From NCBI GenBank assembly GCA_964035545.1, contig OZ037768.1, forward strand, positions 18,459,700-18,523,699: DNA of 64,000 nt. The letters run 5' to 3'. The stretch is from Bugula neritina (taxonomy: Eukaryota; Animalia; Bryozoa). A model generated the notes under the pieces. That model was given only the letters and a program-made list of their open reading frames with translations, made no database searches and was not told the DNA's origin. Positions 27,501 through 41,700 of this stretch are shown here, piece by piece; positions within the stretch are counted from its first letter, which is position 1, and each line of letters begins with the position of its first letter. The position numbers were made by a program, and so were the translations under genes.

Positions 27501-30500
27501 AGTGAAGGTTAGAGTCTGACAGAACTATGCAACCCTACAGCCTACTGACGATGTTGAGTTGAGGAGCACCTGTTACCTGTCATGAGTGCTTGGACTAGAG
27601 TTCCAGTAATGGATTGTATCATGACCATTATCATAGCCTCAGGGCATTCAGAGGTAACAGCCCTTCCTCCATACCCAATAGTATGCTGGGTTTCTAATGA
27701 GAACAAAAAGGCTGTAGGAAAATCTGTGACTGAGTCTACACATGGACTATGTCCTGGTGGAAGGTTGGCTGTGTCGAAATCTCCGTGAGTCAATCCGATA
27801 ATCCACCAAATGAAAGCAAAGAAAAGCCACGTGGAGACGAATGTCATTGTGAATATGATAAGAGACCATCTCCACTTGAGATCTATGAGAGTAGTGAATA
27901 TGTCCGCCAAGTAGTGTCTCTTCACTTTGCGTATGTGCTTGTGGGAGACGTTGCATTCTCCATTCTTATACACAAGACGCCGTCTAAAATTGTCACATAC
28001 ACAATTTTAGAAATGTCTCCTCTTTTTACAGAATGCACCAAAAAATAAATTTCTATAATTGTTGGTTCAACATTACAAAAAATATGTATCTAGTCTTATA
28101 ACAATTTCTTTTTACTATAATGGTGCTGTAGCTGCTATTTTTATTCTTCACTTTAATTACTTAATTACCACCTTTCAGCATAATCATTGATGAATAAATA
28201 CTTTTACGTGAGAAGGATATTGCAACACTATAATTACAATAGTATATAAATGGTTGACTATAAAACTAAAATTACCAAAACTGTATTTGCAGTATAAAAC
28301 CAGGATCCAAGTCTATTTCCTACAGGGTGGTGAGCCGAAGGAGAAGTGAATAAAAAAAAACTGTGCTTTAGACAAAAATCATCAAAAAATAAATTGCTTC
28401 CAGGAGAGTTTTAACCAACACACCAAAATTGAAAAAAATAATCAAAGGCTGTTCCTAATTTCTCCTTTACTGAACAAGCCTGACCTGAGATGGGAATAAC
28501 TTTACCTAGTGCATAGTGTATGGGCATACACAGCATGGTTATAACAGATGGAGGAAATATGATTAATATGACAAAACTAATTGTTGGATGAGATGTGGAC
28601 ATGATGAACAGAACAGGCTTAGGCTGCAGCTGCATTCATGATAAAGTAATTGCACATCGGACCTTTCAATATGTTTGATAACTAAAGTAACAGACTAGTA
28701 AAAGCTTCATAGCTAAAACATATCAATAGGTAATAACTAAGCATTCATCAACTACATGTAATTTCTATCCCAGATAGAGATATTTTAAGTGAAATGGTAC
28801 CAATCAAAAATCAGAGTCACAACTGCTTAGTATATTCTATGAAAGTACATTACTTCCTACAGAATCCATAGCACAGGGGCATTTGCAGTTGGAGGGGGGA
28901 TATGGAAAAAGTCCGAAAAAATCATAGATGAACAAAGAACTAAGACTGTAAAATATGGACTACCCTTAACTCAAGTAGTGCAAATATCAATTCACTGCAT
29001 GAATTCACAGTTATTAGTCTTTCTAAAAGTCCTAAATAAATTTCCAAGAACCAGTTTTTGATCAGGCCAGATTTATAAACTGTAAAGGGTTGTACGATAC
29101 TCAGTGGTTCATATAATACCATCTCTATCTCTAGCAACAGCAGGGTAGCTTTGCTTTCAAATCTCACAACATGCATGAGTCCTTAGACATAAAAAAGGAG
29201 ATGCATGTTAGTTATATACTACTTCATTTATGTTAGAACAGAGCAAACTCTGAAGATGAATACAATAGTATTCCAAATATTAGTTTGCTTTGTTTTAATA
29301 GAAATGAAGTAGTGATAAAAGTGTTTCTCCTTTATTTATTTCTAATGAAATTACTAGCCAGCCAGGATATATTCATCACTCAGTGTTAACTAATCCTACC
29401 CTTGTAATCTCTTTTAACTACTAGGTAATTAATTACTAAACTAAACAACTGGGCTGATATATAAACTACAGTATTGGCAATAAACAACTACGACTATTAG
29501 CAATAAATATTTTCTTTTACAGCTGCTATGTAGAGTATAGTAGGTGTCAGAAATGTAAATGTAAACCTTATCTTCATTATTATTCCATCTTTTATCAAAG
29601 GAAAGTTTCAGGACGTGCAGAATAGCAGTTTCTTTAATTTTAATGTAACTTTCCGGCATAAGAAGTTGTCCTACTACGAAATCACACTCCAACTCCAAAA
29701 GCCAAACTAAAGACTATAGACCCGAGCAAAGCAAAAAAGCCACTACACTAACAGACAGACACGAGTCAATGTAATCACTATTTAGATACTAGTCAATCAG
29801 TAGCCGTGACTGGCTCAAGTTACAGAATGTCTATTGTGATTAGTCAAATCCATATTTAGAACATGATAATGGACAGGAATTCTATATATATATTATAGTA
29901 TTATGTAAATACATTTATAGTTCATCAGCTGTAGGCTACTAGATTGTGTTATACGCTGGGAGATGAGTTGTAAACAAGTCAACGTGTAGATGTGCTCAAG
30001 TCACTCAATTTAGGTGTCATTAATACCCACAAGTTGGAAATTGTACACATGCCTGCAGGGATGTAAAAGCATATCTATACTGTTTGTAGCTGATAAATAA
30101 ATTAAAATATTAGTGCAGCTCAATCATCCAGCATAGTATCTGGTATTTATTCTCAGCTGATGTTAAAAGTTCGGCTCATGAAATAAAATAAACAAGTTCT
30201 ACTAATAAAGACCCTCCTAGCTCACTAGATGGGATAATATAATAATATAGCAGGTTACAACCATTATGGTTAACTGGTATAATATATCTTCCAAATATTC
30301 CAATTTATAAAATATGCAACACAAATCTTAGAATAAGTAACTGAGACCACAATTCATATAACCCCTCACCACCACCACCACCCCCTTCCCACTACCAACT
30401 GAACACTTATGACTCGAATGAAGAAGGTGGTGACCGGTATCTCTTTGAACTAGCAGGTAAAACTTCTATACAGCAGTGTAGAAGTTTTACCTGCAGTCAG

Positions 30501-33500
30501 CTAAAGTAGCATTGGGATAATTTCCCGCAGCCTATGAAGCATAAAAATTTTAGAAAATAACAACTTCTTGAATTTCTAAACATCTATTAGAAAAAAAGAA
30601 TTTGTGTTTCGGGCACTAGAGTATAACACAGTAATCACAATTTCAGCTTTCCACTAAACAAAGTAGTCTAAAGATTGAGTCCCTGAATTTACTAGCATTT
30701 TGAAATTAAAAGAAAGTGGAATTGATACTTGACTGACATGCTGTTCAGCTAATAACATGGTTACCATGACCCCAATGAGCTCTTATCAACCTTACATGAA
30801 ATTAAAAAGAACATTACCTCATGGCTTTGGAGTGTAACTTGAAGCCAAATGAGCTGACAGTACTTTTCCTCCTCGGACTGACTTGGATAAAATCGGCAAA
30901 GGAAGTGACAAATTCGTGAGTCGTATGTATATCTGAGTTGCTCTCCCCAATACCTAGTCTGCCAGATATATGGTCAACAGCTATATACTTGGACCTGTGG
31001 TGTGGCAGTGACAGAGAGCCAGATCTCTTCCTATACTCTGTGGGCACCTACAGCACACAGTATGCCCAGTTACTCAGAGTGTCTACTACTACTGCTACTG
31101 CTACAGTTAGTGCAGCCAAAGGAATGCTGATAACGGTGAGATAGAAACTGACTAGTATTGTTATCTAGATCCAGTATGATGTATCCAGTGAGCAGCCTGA
31201 GCTGTGTATATCAACTAACTGCTTGTTTGTTACACAAGACTTGCATGTTATGATTTAGGAGCTGTCACTAGCTGGCGTGACACTTCCCAGAGATATCCTA
31301 GACTACATTCCAACTGCACAGTCGGCCATGTTAATTAAAGAATAGCCTGGCTTCCTGGGAGTTACCTATGTGGAAAATCCAAGGATTCCTAAGAAAATGG
31401 CACGAACTGGTATACCCAGCTTGTAGATATCATGAAAATATATATTTTGGATTATATGTGTTGCAGCAATGGTTGATTTACATAACTACTTTGAAAGACT
31501 ACTAGTTTCCATTGCAATGCAATAGATGGGTTTTTGTGAGAAAGACAAGCTCTATGCTTGTCAAAGTTGCTCTTGTTATTCAAACTAACACAAACATTGC
31601 TAAATACAGATGACAGTTCAGTACATAAACACAGTTCCAACTATTTTTATACCAACCAATAACTTTGGCGGCAGCAGATTGGCAGCAGCCTTTTCACTAG
31701 TCTAGCAAACCATTTCGGACACTTACCCAATAGCTGTGAATATTTTTTAAAACAAAACAAGGTTTTTAGCTTTAGTTGTCTTCTCTTGGGGAAAACTTGC
31801 TGTGAAAGATTGTGCTGTGAGTGAAGCATGCAACAACAGAAGATACTAAAAACACTAATAGAAAGAAATTTTTGACTTCTAAGATGAAAAAAATGATTTT
31901 TTTTTTTTTATGCAAAAACAACTCTGTTGAACTGAGTGAGATACCAGGGAAAAGACTTGCAGCTAAAAATGTGAATGTTTACAATCTCTAAAATACTGTG
32001 AAGTGAATAAACTAACTCGTTGAGTACTCAAAAAGTGAACAACAACCTGACTTGGATCAAATAATTAAATGAGGTAGGTGCAGTAATGGAGAAATCGAGA
32101 AAAGCCTGTGTTCTAGATTAGAAATGTAGCATAAGAAGTTATGTTCTCGCAAGAACATCAACCAGCGACCCGAACCAAAATTTAATAGAGTTTAAAAAAC
32201 CTAGGCCATCTCAATTTCTCCACTACTGCTCCTAAATGTGATTATTATATAATGTACTTGGGTGTGACTGGCAATACCAAAGCAAACAACAGCTTAAAAC
32301 AATGGCAGAGTTAAAGTATTGGCAGCATTTAATTCACACACATCTGAGAGTACCTGTAGAGAAGAGTGGAAAATATTGTGATCGCTGGACGAGCGCTGAC
32401 GATGGGTTGGTGTAAGCAGCGTTGAAGACGAGCAGAGTTCCTTCTTTGATGGACTTTGGTCTGCTGCCTTCTCTTCTGAAGTCAGCTCTCCATTCAAACT
32501 TGGCTGATGGGGATTGTTCTGAATAAAACAAAATGTAAAGCTAAAGTAATACCATTCCATAGATCTGAAACCCCTTCCTAGTGCTTGGTGGGGTATGAGC
32601 CATTATAAATACATAGGAAACTAAATTATTTGATGAGCTGTGATTTCTTTCTGATAAGTTTTACATTTGTGAACATTGCTTGCCTATACAAGTTAGCAAA
32701 GGCAACAAACTAATACTTCAGGCAGAATCGAAACACTTGAAAGTTTGTGAAGCACACATTGTGTCATTTTGAATATGCCTGGCAAAAAATACTTACAGTT
32801 TCACTTAAACATGTTTCGTTGTATAACAGAAGAGGGGAATTTGATTGGGAAGATGCATTTATACTAGTAAACCTACACTATAATAGTAAACCTGCAACAT
32901 ACTAGTTTACCTACACTATACTAGTAAACCTACAATATGAATATTGTTTCACTTTTAGCAGCAAATGCACAGTTTTGAGACATTATCAATGGACAACTTC
33001 AATTTCTTACACATAATTATGTAAACAACTTGCACTGTTTGGTGTTGAGCGCCTCTTTAATTAAATTATCTGTCTCTATTGGTTGAATAAAAATATCTGC
33101 TCACTATTCTTATTCCCGGGCGTATTTGTCATCAACATTAAGGATATTTACTAGCATGACTTTTGCCTGCTGGGCTAGACCCCAGCATAAACCAAGACGA
33201 AGGAGACACAAGATTTTTCGGAGCAAGCTTTAGAGTTATGGTCTCTCTGAAGAATCGTGTGCCCGGCAAAGCATACTCTAGACATAAACAGTTGCTGGCA
33301 AAAGGCTACACAGGTCGGTATAAAAGTACAATCATCCCTAGCAAACACACAACACATCACAGAAATCATTTGTGACACGATAATAGAGTCTTGAACTTGT
33401 CAATGGCCATCATCCTAATATTTTTAGAAGTAGAAGGAGATAATTCTTCAAATTGACAAAAATATTAGCCAATAAATGTACAATTATCCAAATCCTCAAA

Positions 33501-33868
33501 TCAAATACTACGTGTACATCACCTGAAGGCATTTGCTATCAACAACTTCCAAAACTCGCTGTTGGGCATAGAATTTTGCTGTGCAATATTGAAAGTTATG
33601 TTTACGCTTTCGTTTGCATAGACAAAATTGAATTTCTCTAACTTTTAAAAATGCTGGTGCTATGCAAGTCAACTAAATTCAGTAACAATTAGCTTCTTTT
33701 TTCATTTGTAAGCAATTATCGTAAAGCAGTATTGCTAACCTCTGCATTACTATTAAATATAATATATTAAGAACTTACTCCATTTGAATGTTTCCTGGAC
33801 TTCTGCAAATGTAAGTTTTTCAGCTTACTACCATTGGAGGAGGCTTTAACACACCCTCCATTCTCCAT
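24512..33868 (-). CDS. Inward-rectifier potassium channel (Kir/KCNJ family), 538 aa
   Basis: Exons 33779-33868, 32354-32518, 30818-31047, 27577-27983, 26544-26737, 25653-25827, 24933-25107, 24512-24692 (TAG). Motifs: [39 protein letters not shown] (selectivity filter), [52 protein letters not shown]. The three N-terminal exons are less certain than the core. Confidence 0.93.
32075..32238 (+). mobile_element. MITE family A, copy 2
   Basis: Colinear with 7252-7417, including AAAAGCCTGTGTT and AAGAAGTTATGTTCTCG. Confidence 0.85.
32861..32937. repeat. 19-bp minisatellite, four units
   Basis: ATACTAGTAAACCTACACT repeated four times with few changes. Confidence 0.85.
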
Positions 33869-34498
33869 GATAGGATCTAAACTATAAAGTTATAAATAAG
33901 TTATGATTATTGAATAACAAAATGTAAGATCATTAATTAATGAAATGGCACTAAAATAGCTCACTGTTTATATTTATAATATAATCAATGGGGAAACAAT
34001 TATTAGCAGTATAAACAAAACATGTTGACACTGCCATATAAACCTCTTAATTTGACGTTGCATACATTCTATAAAACACCCTTTACATAACAGTAATTCA
34101 CTGCAAACATGCTTTGCAGAGACGTTTTTCTGATGTAGCAATCTAAAACCTATACGATATTTTTATCACAAAAAGAAATTCAAGACTGTTCAATTGTTGC
34201 ATTGAATTTGAAAACTTCGCCCTATTGCACTTCACATTCCTACTTGGTTTTTCCAATTCAGCACTTCAGTTTTTACTCTTATTAGAGCTGCAGTTGGTGG
34301 TTCTGGCAATCCAGAGCTGCAACAGAGATCCCTACACCACTTATCTTTTATTTGATTAAATTAAATGGACCATTAACTATGGGAAACTTGCCTGAGTTTA
34401 TTAACTATGGGAAAAAATAACTACAGATTTGGTAATTCGAAGCTCTAACCATCAACTTCTTACACTAACTTAAAGGTAAAATATGAGCTGAGCTTCAG

Positions 34499-34651
34499 TG
34501 TGCCAAGGAGATAATCCTGGCTGTTTGCCAATATTTTACTGAAAGTACACATTAGCTTTTTGCAGTTTGTTCAGCAATCTTTTGGCTTTTTGTTATTTGT
34601 TTTTTGGCTGGTACACCAAACTCTTTAGGCCAGGATTATCTCCCTGACACA
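34499..34651. repeat. Small inverted-repeat element (MITE-like)
   Basis: TGTGCCAAGGAGATAATCCTGGC ... GCCAGGATTATCTCCCTGACACA arms. Confidence 0.55.
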
Positions 34652-37600
34652 TTCAGCGACCTCCTTTAAATACATCTGTGAAGATTAGTCATTGTATTTG
34701 ATATGAACCATACCTAATGCATTAGAATGTCAAAAATTATCTGAATGAAATCAATGAGTTTGCTTAGAAAAGTCCCTAAATCAGCTGATGACACTTGCTG
34801 TCTGAAAACATGTGATGTTATTCTTATATAGCCTAATTATTTTGAATCACAAAACTGGCAGAAATTAATTACTAAACTAACCAAAAATTATTTGTGGTAT
34901 ACAATATTGATGCTAGAATACAGACAGCAATGAAAATCTTTAAATTCGATTGTAAAATCACTTTTTTGCTTAATATTTTATTTCACCAACACTACCTTTA
35001 AAAAAAAAGAAAAATTGTCAAATTTGAATACTTAACGATTTAACCAATATTTTAAATAGTAATTGTGACTAATAACATGTAACTGTTACTCTTATCAGTA
35101 TATATTTGTAGACCTATTTTCAGAACCAGTGCTGAATGAGGCTTATGAGTTTAAAATCTGCACTTGTTGTAACTCACACATAGCATCCATATTTATCAGT
35201 CATGAAAATAATTTCAATTAACGACTGCATAATAGTTATGATACTTTTACACAGGTGAATTGTTTTATCCTAAGTAGTTTTAAAGGGTTTTAAAAACATG
35301 AAAAAATCACGAAAATTGATCTTAAACCAGCTAAAGCAAAACTAATACCCTAGACTAATTGATAATTACAAATCTTTCATCCAACAGAGTAGCACTGAGA
35401 ATAATATTGTCTATTAAAATAATGTTTCAATGTAAGACCCATTGGTTTTCAAATTAACCTATGATAGTTAAAAATTAAATGAGAATTACTTAATAGAAAC
35501 TCATACTGACTGGTGAGGTGGTTGTGTGTGGACTGTTTGTAAACCTGCTTCCATTATCAAGTAGGTCCCAAATTATGTGGTAGAAAGTTGATGAGTTTGA
35601 CTATAAACTTGTAAGCTGGGCTACTAGCAGTCTTTTAATACTTAGGTTTAGAAACTACTTGTTAAGAAGGGAAACAAACCTTTGTTTTTAATCCATCAAA
35701 TCGAAAAACATTTTTGTTAACATATCAGTCAATAAAAAGCTAACAATGTAAATAATCGAATGAAAAACAAAAGAGGCCACTTGACTACACTGATGACATT
35801 TCCACTTCACTGAAAGTTTAAAGGCTGCACTTGTAAACATCCTGCAATGAGTAAAATCTCGGAATAACTGTAGATCATGCAAAAGTTCTCAATAATTTTA
35901 AATAATGATCTTATCACCACCTGTATTAGCAATTATTGTGCTTAAAAGATTTCTAATTTTAATTACATTGAGTAAAAAGGCATTTTTTGAAACTTATCAA
36001 TAATGGTACTCAATAAAAGAGTTTATTACAGTAATTTTCATTTTTTCATCAACATTTTCGTGCTTCAAACTCATCTATTGCAAGGGAAGTGGGTGTTGAG
36101 AACTATGCTTACAAACCAAATAAAAGTTTATTTGCAGACTAACAACACAACTGTTTAAATTTTATGATAAACTATCTTATAACTACAAAATATTATCTCA
36201 ATATTTACCAAGTTTATTTTTTATAACTCAATCCCATTTCATTTCATACCTCCTGTATGAAAAAACTGCGAGCCTGAACACCACAAGTTACTCTTCGATC
36301 TCTCACTTTCACAAGTTATCACTTGCTTCAAAATTGCAAGCCCTAGTGCTTGGCAATCATACCCAACTTTATTTCATCTATACTGTTCTATCCAACTGTC
36401 TTGAAGGTTATAGCATAACGCGCTATTTTAACTATTTGAAAACCATTACTTAAAATTTGAGTTAAATTTTAACTAATTGAAAACTGCATTGAAAATAGAT
36501 CCTAAATTTCCTTTATTTCTACACATTTGTTACAAAATAAAATAGCCTACTTGAAGATAATACATACAAAATTGTCAAAAATAAAAATCAATACTAGGTC
36601 AGGAAAATAGTAAACAATCCCATAAGCAATATAACTATAATGTACTCGCATGCACAGCTTACCATAAAGAACAAGCAACTGCATGAGATGAACCAACACA
36701 ATATTATACCTTTGATCACAGCTATTTCACTGTAACAATAGATCAGCCCACAAGTCAAAACACTCTGTATCTCGACACACCACAGAAGACTAAAAATCCA
36801 GTCTGAAGCAATGATGAATATATATAATATTCCACCCAGCGGCTAGAACCATTCCTAACCTGGATAATAGGTGCTTTACTAAGAGCTGATGTCATTGATA
36901 AAAATTTAAATCGATTTATAATAGCACACAGATATGAGACATAGTGCAATATAGTGCTATTAAAGGCTTATAGCTTGACCCAAGGCAGTCACTTCTCCCA
37001 ATAATTATTGTACATATAGAATCTGAATGTTAGAATGAAATAAAGAATTATCCTCTCTTCATATAAGTCTAGCATTAAAAGACCTGATATTTTTATAACG
37101 ATTGTTTTAAATTATTAGCACATGTAATTACTGTCAATATAAGTGATAAACTATTCAACTATATAAAAGGAATGAACTGCAAATTTTACTCTATTTAAAT
37201 ACGAGTAAAATTTGCAGCTCGAATATAAAAACTTGTTGCTTACTTACTCTACAACCTGAGCTCAGCTAAGGCGATTACTAGCTGTAAAAGTTGACAATTA
37301 GAACATCTGATGTATGCATCTTTGGAGTGTGAACTAACTTGAATTTTTTACTTAATGTTGCAACCTGTTTTATTTGATGAGACTAGTTGTTTTTACAAGA
37401 ATTCATCAGTACTTGCAGTATTGTTAGTCATAATAAGACAGTTTAGTTGCTGTTGTAACTTCTTATTCTCACAACAAAGAGTAGTGTGAAATACAGATTA
37501 TTTGATAATTCAGAGTTTAGCTCTCTTTCAGGCATCATTTTAGTATTATAGAATAGCATAGAGAGTTTACACAATGCTTATCACTTTGCATAAAAATGTT

Positions 37601-38599
37601 ATTTTAATAAAAGTTGTACATGACTTTTTTACGGATTTTAAACTATTTTTATGTTAGTCAGAAGCTAATTCATTGAACAACAAATACCAAAAAGCTGCAT
37701 TAAAGTATGGAATTGTAGAAACTTTTTTATGGAAATATAATATATCGATAAAAAGATGGTTCTCCTTCTTTTTAAAAATTAGTAATAAAACTGACTACAA
37801 CAGTTAGCCAAAAATAATTAAACTGATTCTGTCTCTGCTGTATTTCAAATTGACTTTGATAGATTATTGCTAAGCACATTTTGATAAAAATGCACTTGCC
37901 CAATTTTTTAAATCGAAAAAATTCAACTTTAAATTAAAAATTAGAAAAAACATCACTTTAGTGTTAGTTAGTTTTAGAAAGTAGAATTTTTTTTGCCAAT
38001 TCCAACAAGACAAGATGCTTAGATTCTAGCTAATAACCATAGGTTTTAAAAATTACATATTGAACCAATTTTTCCAAAATGAATTTGTATATTTTAGTAT
38101 CTAAAGGTCTTTTACTCAAAATAAAAAAATAAATATTTAAGTTAATTTATTTTATTTTGAATTAAAACAATGCTATGAGCTAATCTAAAGCAAAACATGA
38201 CAAGATACAAGCTTTTAATTATATGCTTTCTAGTTTTTGTATTATGTGGTTATTATTTTTAAATGGCAAATACTCATAATATGTGGAAAAAAGTGAAGCC
38301 AGTCCTGACCAAAGCTTCAAATGTGAAAACGTCGCACTGCTTGTTTGTAACTGTTAGGTTATAGATATCAACAGTATGTACTATGTTGATCATAATTTAA
38401 ATGAGGCTTTTACAGTAATAAATAATATCAAATTTAGCATTTGTACCTAGGTTTATATTACTAAAATATTTCATACCAATTAAAGTTTTAATGTGAATAT
38501 CAAGTTTAATAGACGGCATTCATATAAAAACTATTGAATATAGCTATTAGTCATACTACACTATATTTTTATTAGCGATAATATTTAATTACAGTACTT

Positions 38600-39310
38600 T
38601 GATTTGATTGACATTTTCAGACTGACAATCGCACGCATCTTCAATTTAAACATATGAATGTTTCAGGTATCTAACCATGAAATTTTTTAATACCACTCTC
38701 AATGTCAAATTTTTCATCAACGACAGGGTTTTGCCTTCATTTGATTTGATCACAGATGTGCGGTAAAGTTTTTAAGTTCTATGTAGAACTTCTTGAGATT
38801 CCACTGTTTCTAGTTTGATGAGTTTCTTCCGACAATACACTATGAAGTAGGATGAGTGGGATACTGATTTTGTATGCGGTTTAAGTGACTAGCCCGGAAA
38901 AAAAACTTTAGCTTTAAAGGAAGGGCCTGAACCAGTGACTTTGAAAAACTTTTCATTTGTTATATTACATTTTCCAAAGTTTACTCAGAATGTACCTTAT
39001 ACTTCAGGTATAAAACCGCTTAGCTTTGATTTTTGCAATGGACATGTTGCTCATGTCTCTGGTCCATAAGAAATGCTGAGAACACAAGTTTCGTAGGCTT
39101 CAACTTTGGAGTGAATGCTAAGATGTCTGTTTCCCAATGCACGTTTTTTTTGGCAACGAAATACAGCAGCAGCATTCCCCAATCTAATCAATATTTCCAG
39201 ATCAACTGTAATGGTATTGGTAAGAGTGGAGTCGAGATATGTAAACTTTTCAACATCACCAAGCTCAAACTAATTAACAGAGAATGTACGGGTTCCAAGA
39301 GATTGTGGTA
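38600..39310 (-). mobile_element. Degenerate RTE-clade LINE remnant
   Basis: Minus-strand translation ELGDVEKFTYLDSTLTNTITVDLEILIRLGNAAAVFRCQKKRALGNRHLSIHSKVEAYETCVLSI-YGPET* matches the RTE post-RT consensus (VDKFTYLGS...RIGKA...TKVKVY..CVL..LLYGSETW). Stops and frameshifts follow. Boundaries are approximate. Confidence 0.75.
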
Positions 39311-40067
39311 GGGTAACAGTTATATAGTAACTTATAGTAACTGTAAGTAAAATCAAAACTTACAGTTTGAGTTAGTCATTACTTATAGTCATTAGTCTTA
39401 GTGAATTGTCATTTAGTTTTACAATTACTGAGTCTGATGATTATCACTATGACCACGATTATTATATTTGTATTAATATTTATTATGATATTGATGAGAG
39501 TGATATTGCTTATAGTTATGTTCAATCAAATGATAAACTTTAACTTCAATCAGTAAAATAAAAATAAAAACTACTTTCACTTTGACTCTCACTCCAAGTT
39601 CTGACTCTCACTGTCACACTCACTGTGACTTAGACTGTAAGTGTGTCACTGTCACTGACCCACAATCACCCAGTCTGAGTCACAGTGTCAGTGTGTTTCG
39701 ACAGCGTTTGTTTGTTAGTGTTACTTATGAGATTGAGTGATCACAGATCAGTGATGACTGATGAGTGATGAGCTTGCATAAAATAACATCAAAACCAAAA
39801 TGCAATCGTCAATCACTAATCAGTGAATCCTATCACTATCACTAATCACTATGATTATGAATACCACCCTACTCCTATGGCTATAGGCTATACTATAGTA
39901 CTACTACTAGTATAGTATCAGTATGAATCATTAAATCATAGATGTCTTTTTTCAAATTCAATTTCATAATTATTTTCATTACAACTAATACTATAAATAT
40001 ACTCACGCTAAATAACAATTAACATTAAGTGATACTTATAAATTTGAAAATGGGGGTTTATATGTTA

Positions 40068-40260
40068 CCTGAAAGTGGGAAATATCCATGGTGATGCTAT
40101 TTTTCATACTTTTATCACTAATTTTATGTTTACACGTGACAAAACTTTTCACACTCGAACTTGACCTTTAACGTTAATTAAATGAGCAAATTTAATAGGT
40201 CAAAGGTCGTATGGTTGCGCCTCCCGTCTTTTGCTCAATGCTGTCAGCGAGTCTATAGCT
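40068..40260 (-). promoter_or_regulatory. Putative Kir distal promoter / first non-coding exon
   Basis: Minus-strand donor CAG|GTAACA at 40067/68, E-box CACGTG (40133-38), nuclear-receptor DR1-like AGGTCA-A-AGGTCG (40197-40209) and a CpG-containing patch. Inference only. Confidence 0.35.
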
Positions 40261-40271
40261 ATATAATATCG

Positions 40272-41700
40272 ATCTCATCTCATCTCATCTCATCTCATCT
40301 AATTAATCTCACTCGGAGCTCTTTGGCTCCTTTATCGAGATGCAGTGGTGTATGAACAATTGTTTAAATTATCAGTAGTAAGGAAGAAAACCATTTTGTC
40401 TACGAGATAAGAATATAGTTAATTATGCTTTGATTCAAAGCTCAATAGCTAGCTACTGCCAGGAGAGAAAAAAAAAAAAAAAAAAAAGCAAATAAATAAA
40501 TAAATATGTCGGTGTAAAGTGCTTATAATCAGTTAGGCAAAGCAGCTAGAATCATTAGAAAAGTTTATGGATGCGATGTTTATATGAATGTTTGGCAGTT
40601 TTGGTATTGATATTGCCCTTAATAGCACCATGTCTGGTATTGTGAGACTCTGCAAAATGAAGGGAGAACCGGTCTTGGTCTATAGCGGCACTACCAGAAA
40701 GCATACGAAAGTACATTTTTTGGTCTGCATTATCACGTCTTTGTGCAAGGCTATCCCAATTAGAATTTGTCATGAGCTCAGTTATATGATCTCGTTTTCT
40801 CTTACAGAATGCCCACCTGAAGGCTTTTCTATTTATACCTTCTATGATGTTGATGTTTTTCAATTTAAATGGAGACCAGGTGTGGGTCGCAAATTCTAGT
40901 ATAGGGCGACAGACTGTTTTATAAGCTATGGCTCTGGTTTTACTTTTAGCCTTTTTTAGACAGCGCATCAGCATGTGTAATAATTTATTAGCTTTTGAGC
41001 AAATGTTTATTATATGTTGATCGAATGACAGTTTATTATCAATCGTGACACCAAGGTATAATACTTTGTCAACACATTGTAAGGGGTCATTATTCATGCT
41101 GTATTGAGACACTAGAGGATTTACAGTGGAGCGTTGAATTGTCATATGCTCACATTTATTTATATTGAACTTCATCTGAGAACTGTCTGCCCAAGTTATA
41201 AGATGGTCTAAGTCATTCTGAAATAAACTAGAATCAGCAGGTGTTGTGATTGGTTTGTACAACAAGGAATCATCTGCATATAGTTTAAGCTTGCTGTTGG
41301 CTACCACAGAGTGCATGTCATTTATGTACACATTAAATAACAATGGTCCTAATACACTGCCTTGGGGCACTCCTGAGGTCACATGTCTAGTGGCCGATTT
41401 GACGTTGTTGACACAGACTGAAAGAAGACGGCTCTGAAGCCATGAAAAAATCCACTTGACAGTTTTATCAGCTATTCCGATATTTAGCAGTTTAACCTGT
41501 AGTTTATGGTGCGACACAACGTCAAAGGCCTTTGAAAAATCCAAGACAGCGAGGTCAACCGGTATCATTTCGTCGAAAAAATCTATAAATTCACTCACGG
41601 TATTCAGCAACTGAGTATCGCAGCCATGATTTGTCCTGAAGCCATGTTGGTGTGGATAAAACAGGTCATTTGATTCGAGGAAACAGTTGATATAGGAGAT
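40272..41700 (-). mobile_element. 5'-truncated non-LTR retrotransposon (CR1/L2-like), RT region
   Basis: Open frame from ~41700 to the stop at 40555 with QHGFR, LDFSKAFDVV, SGVPQGSVLGPLLF, YADD, KFNINKC, YLGVTIDNKLSF. The 3' UTR ends in a GGAGC-N6-GCTCC stem-loop (40315-40330) and an (AGATG)n tail (40272-40300). No TSD recognised. Confidence 0.93.

Noticed and set aside
27577-27620. Gln instead of Asp at the Kir M2 rectification position ([10 protein letters not shown])
   Set aside because: Neutral residues at this site are common in invertebrate Kir channels, so it is not unusual.
32861-32937. CRISPR-like repeat
   Set aside because: Contiguous minisatellite without spacers, in eukaryotic DNA.
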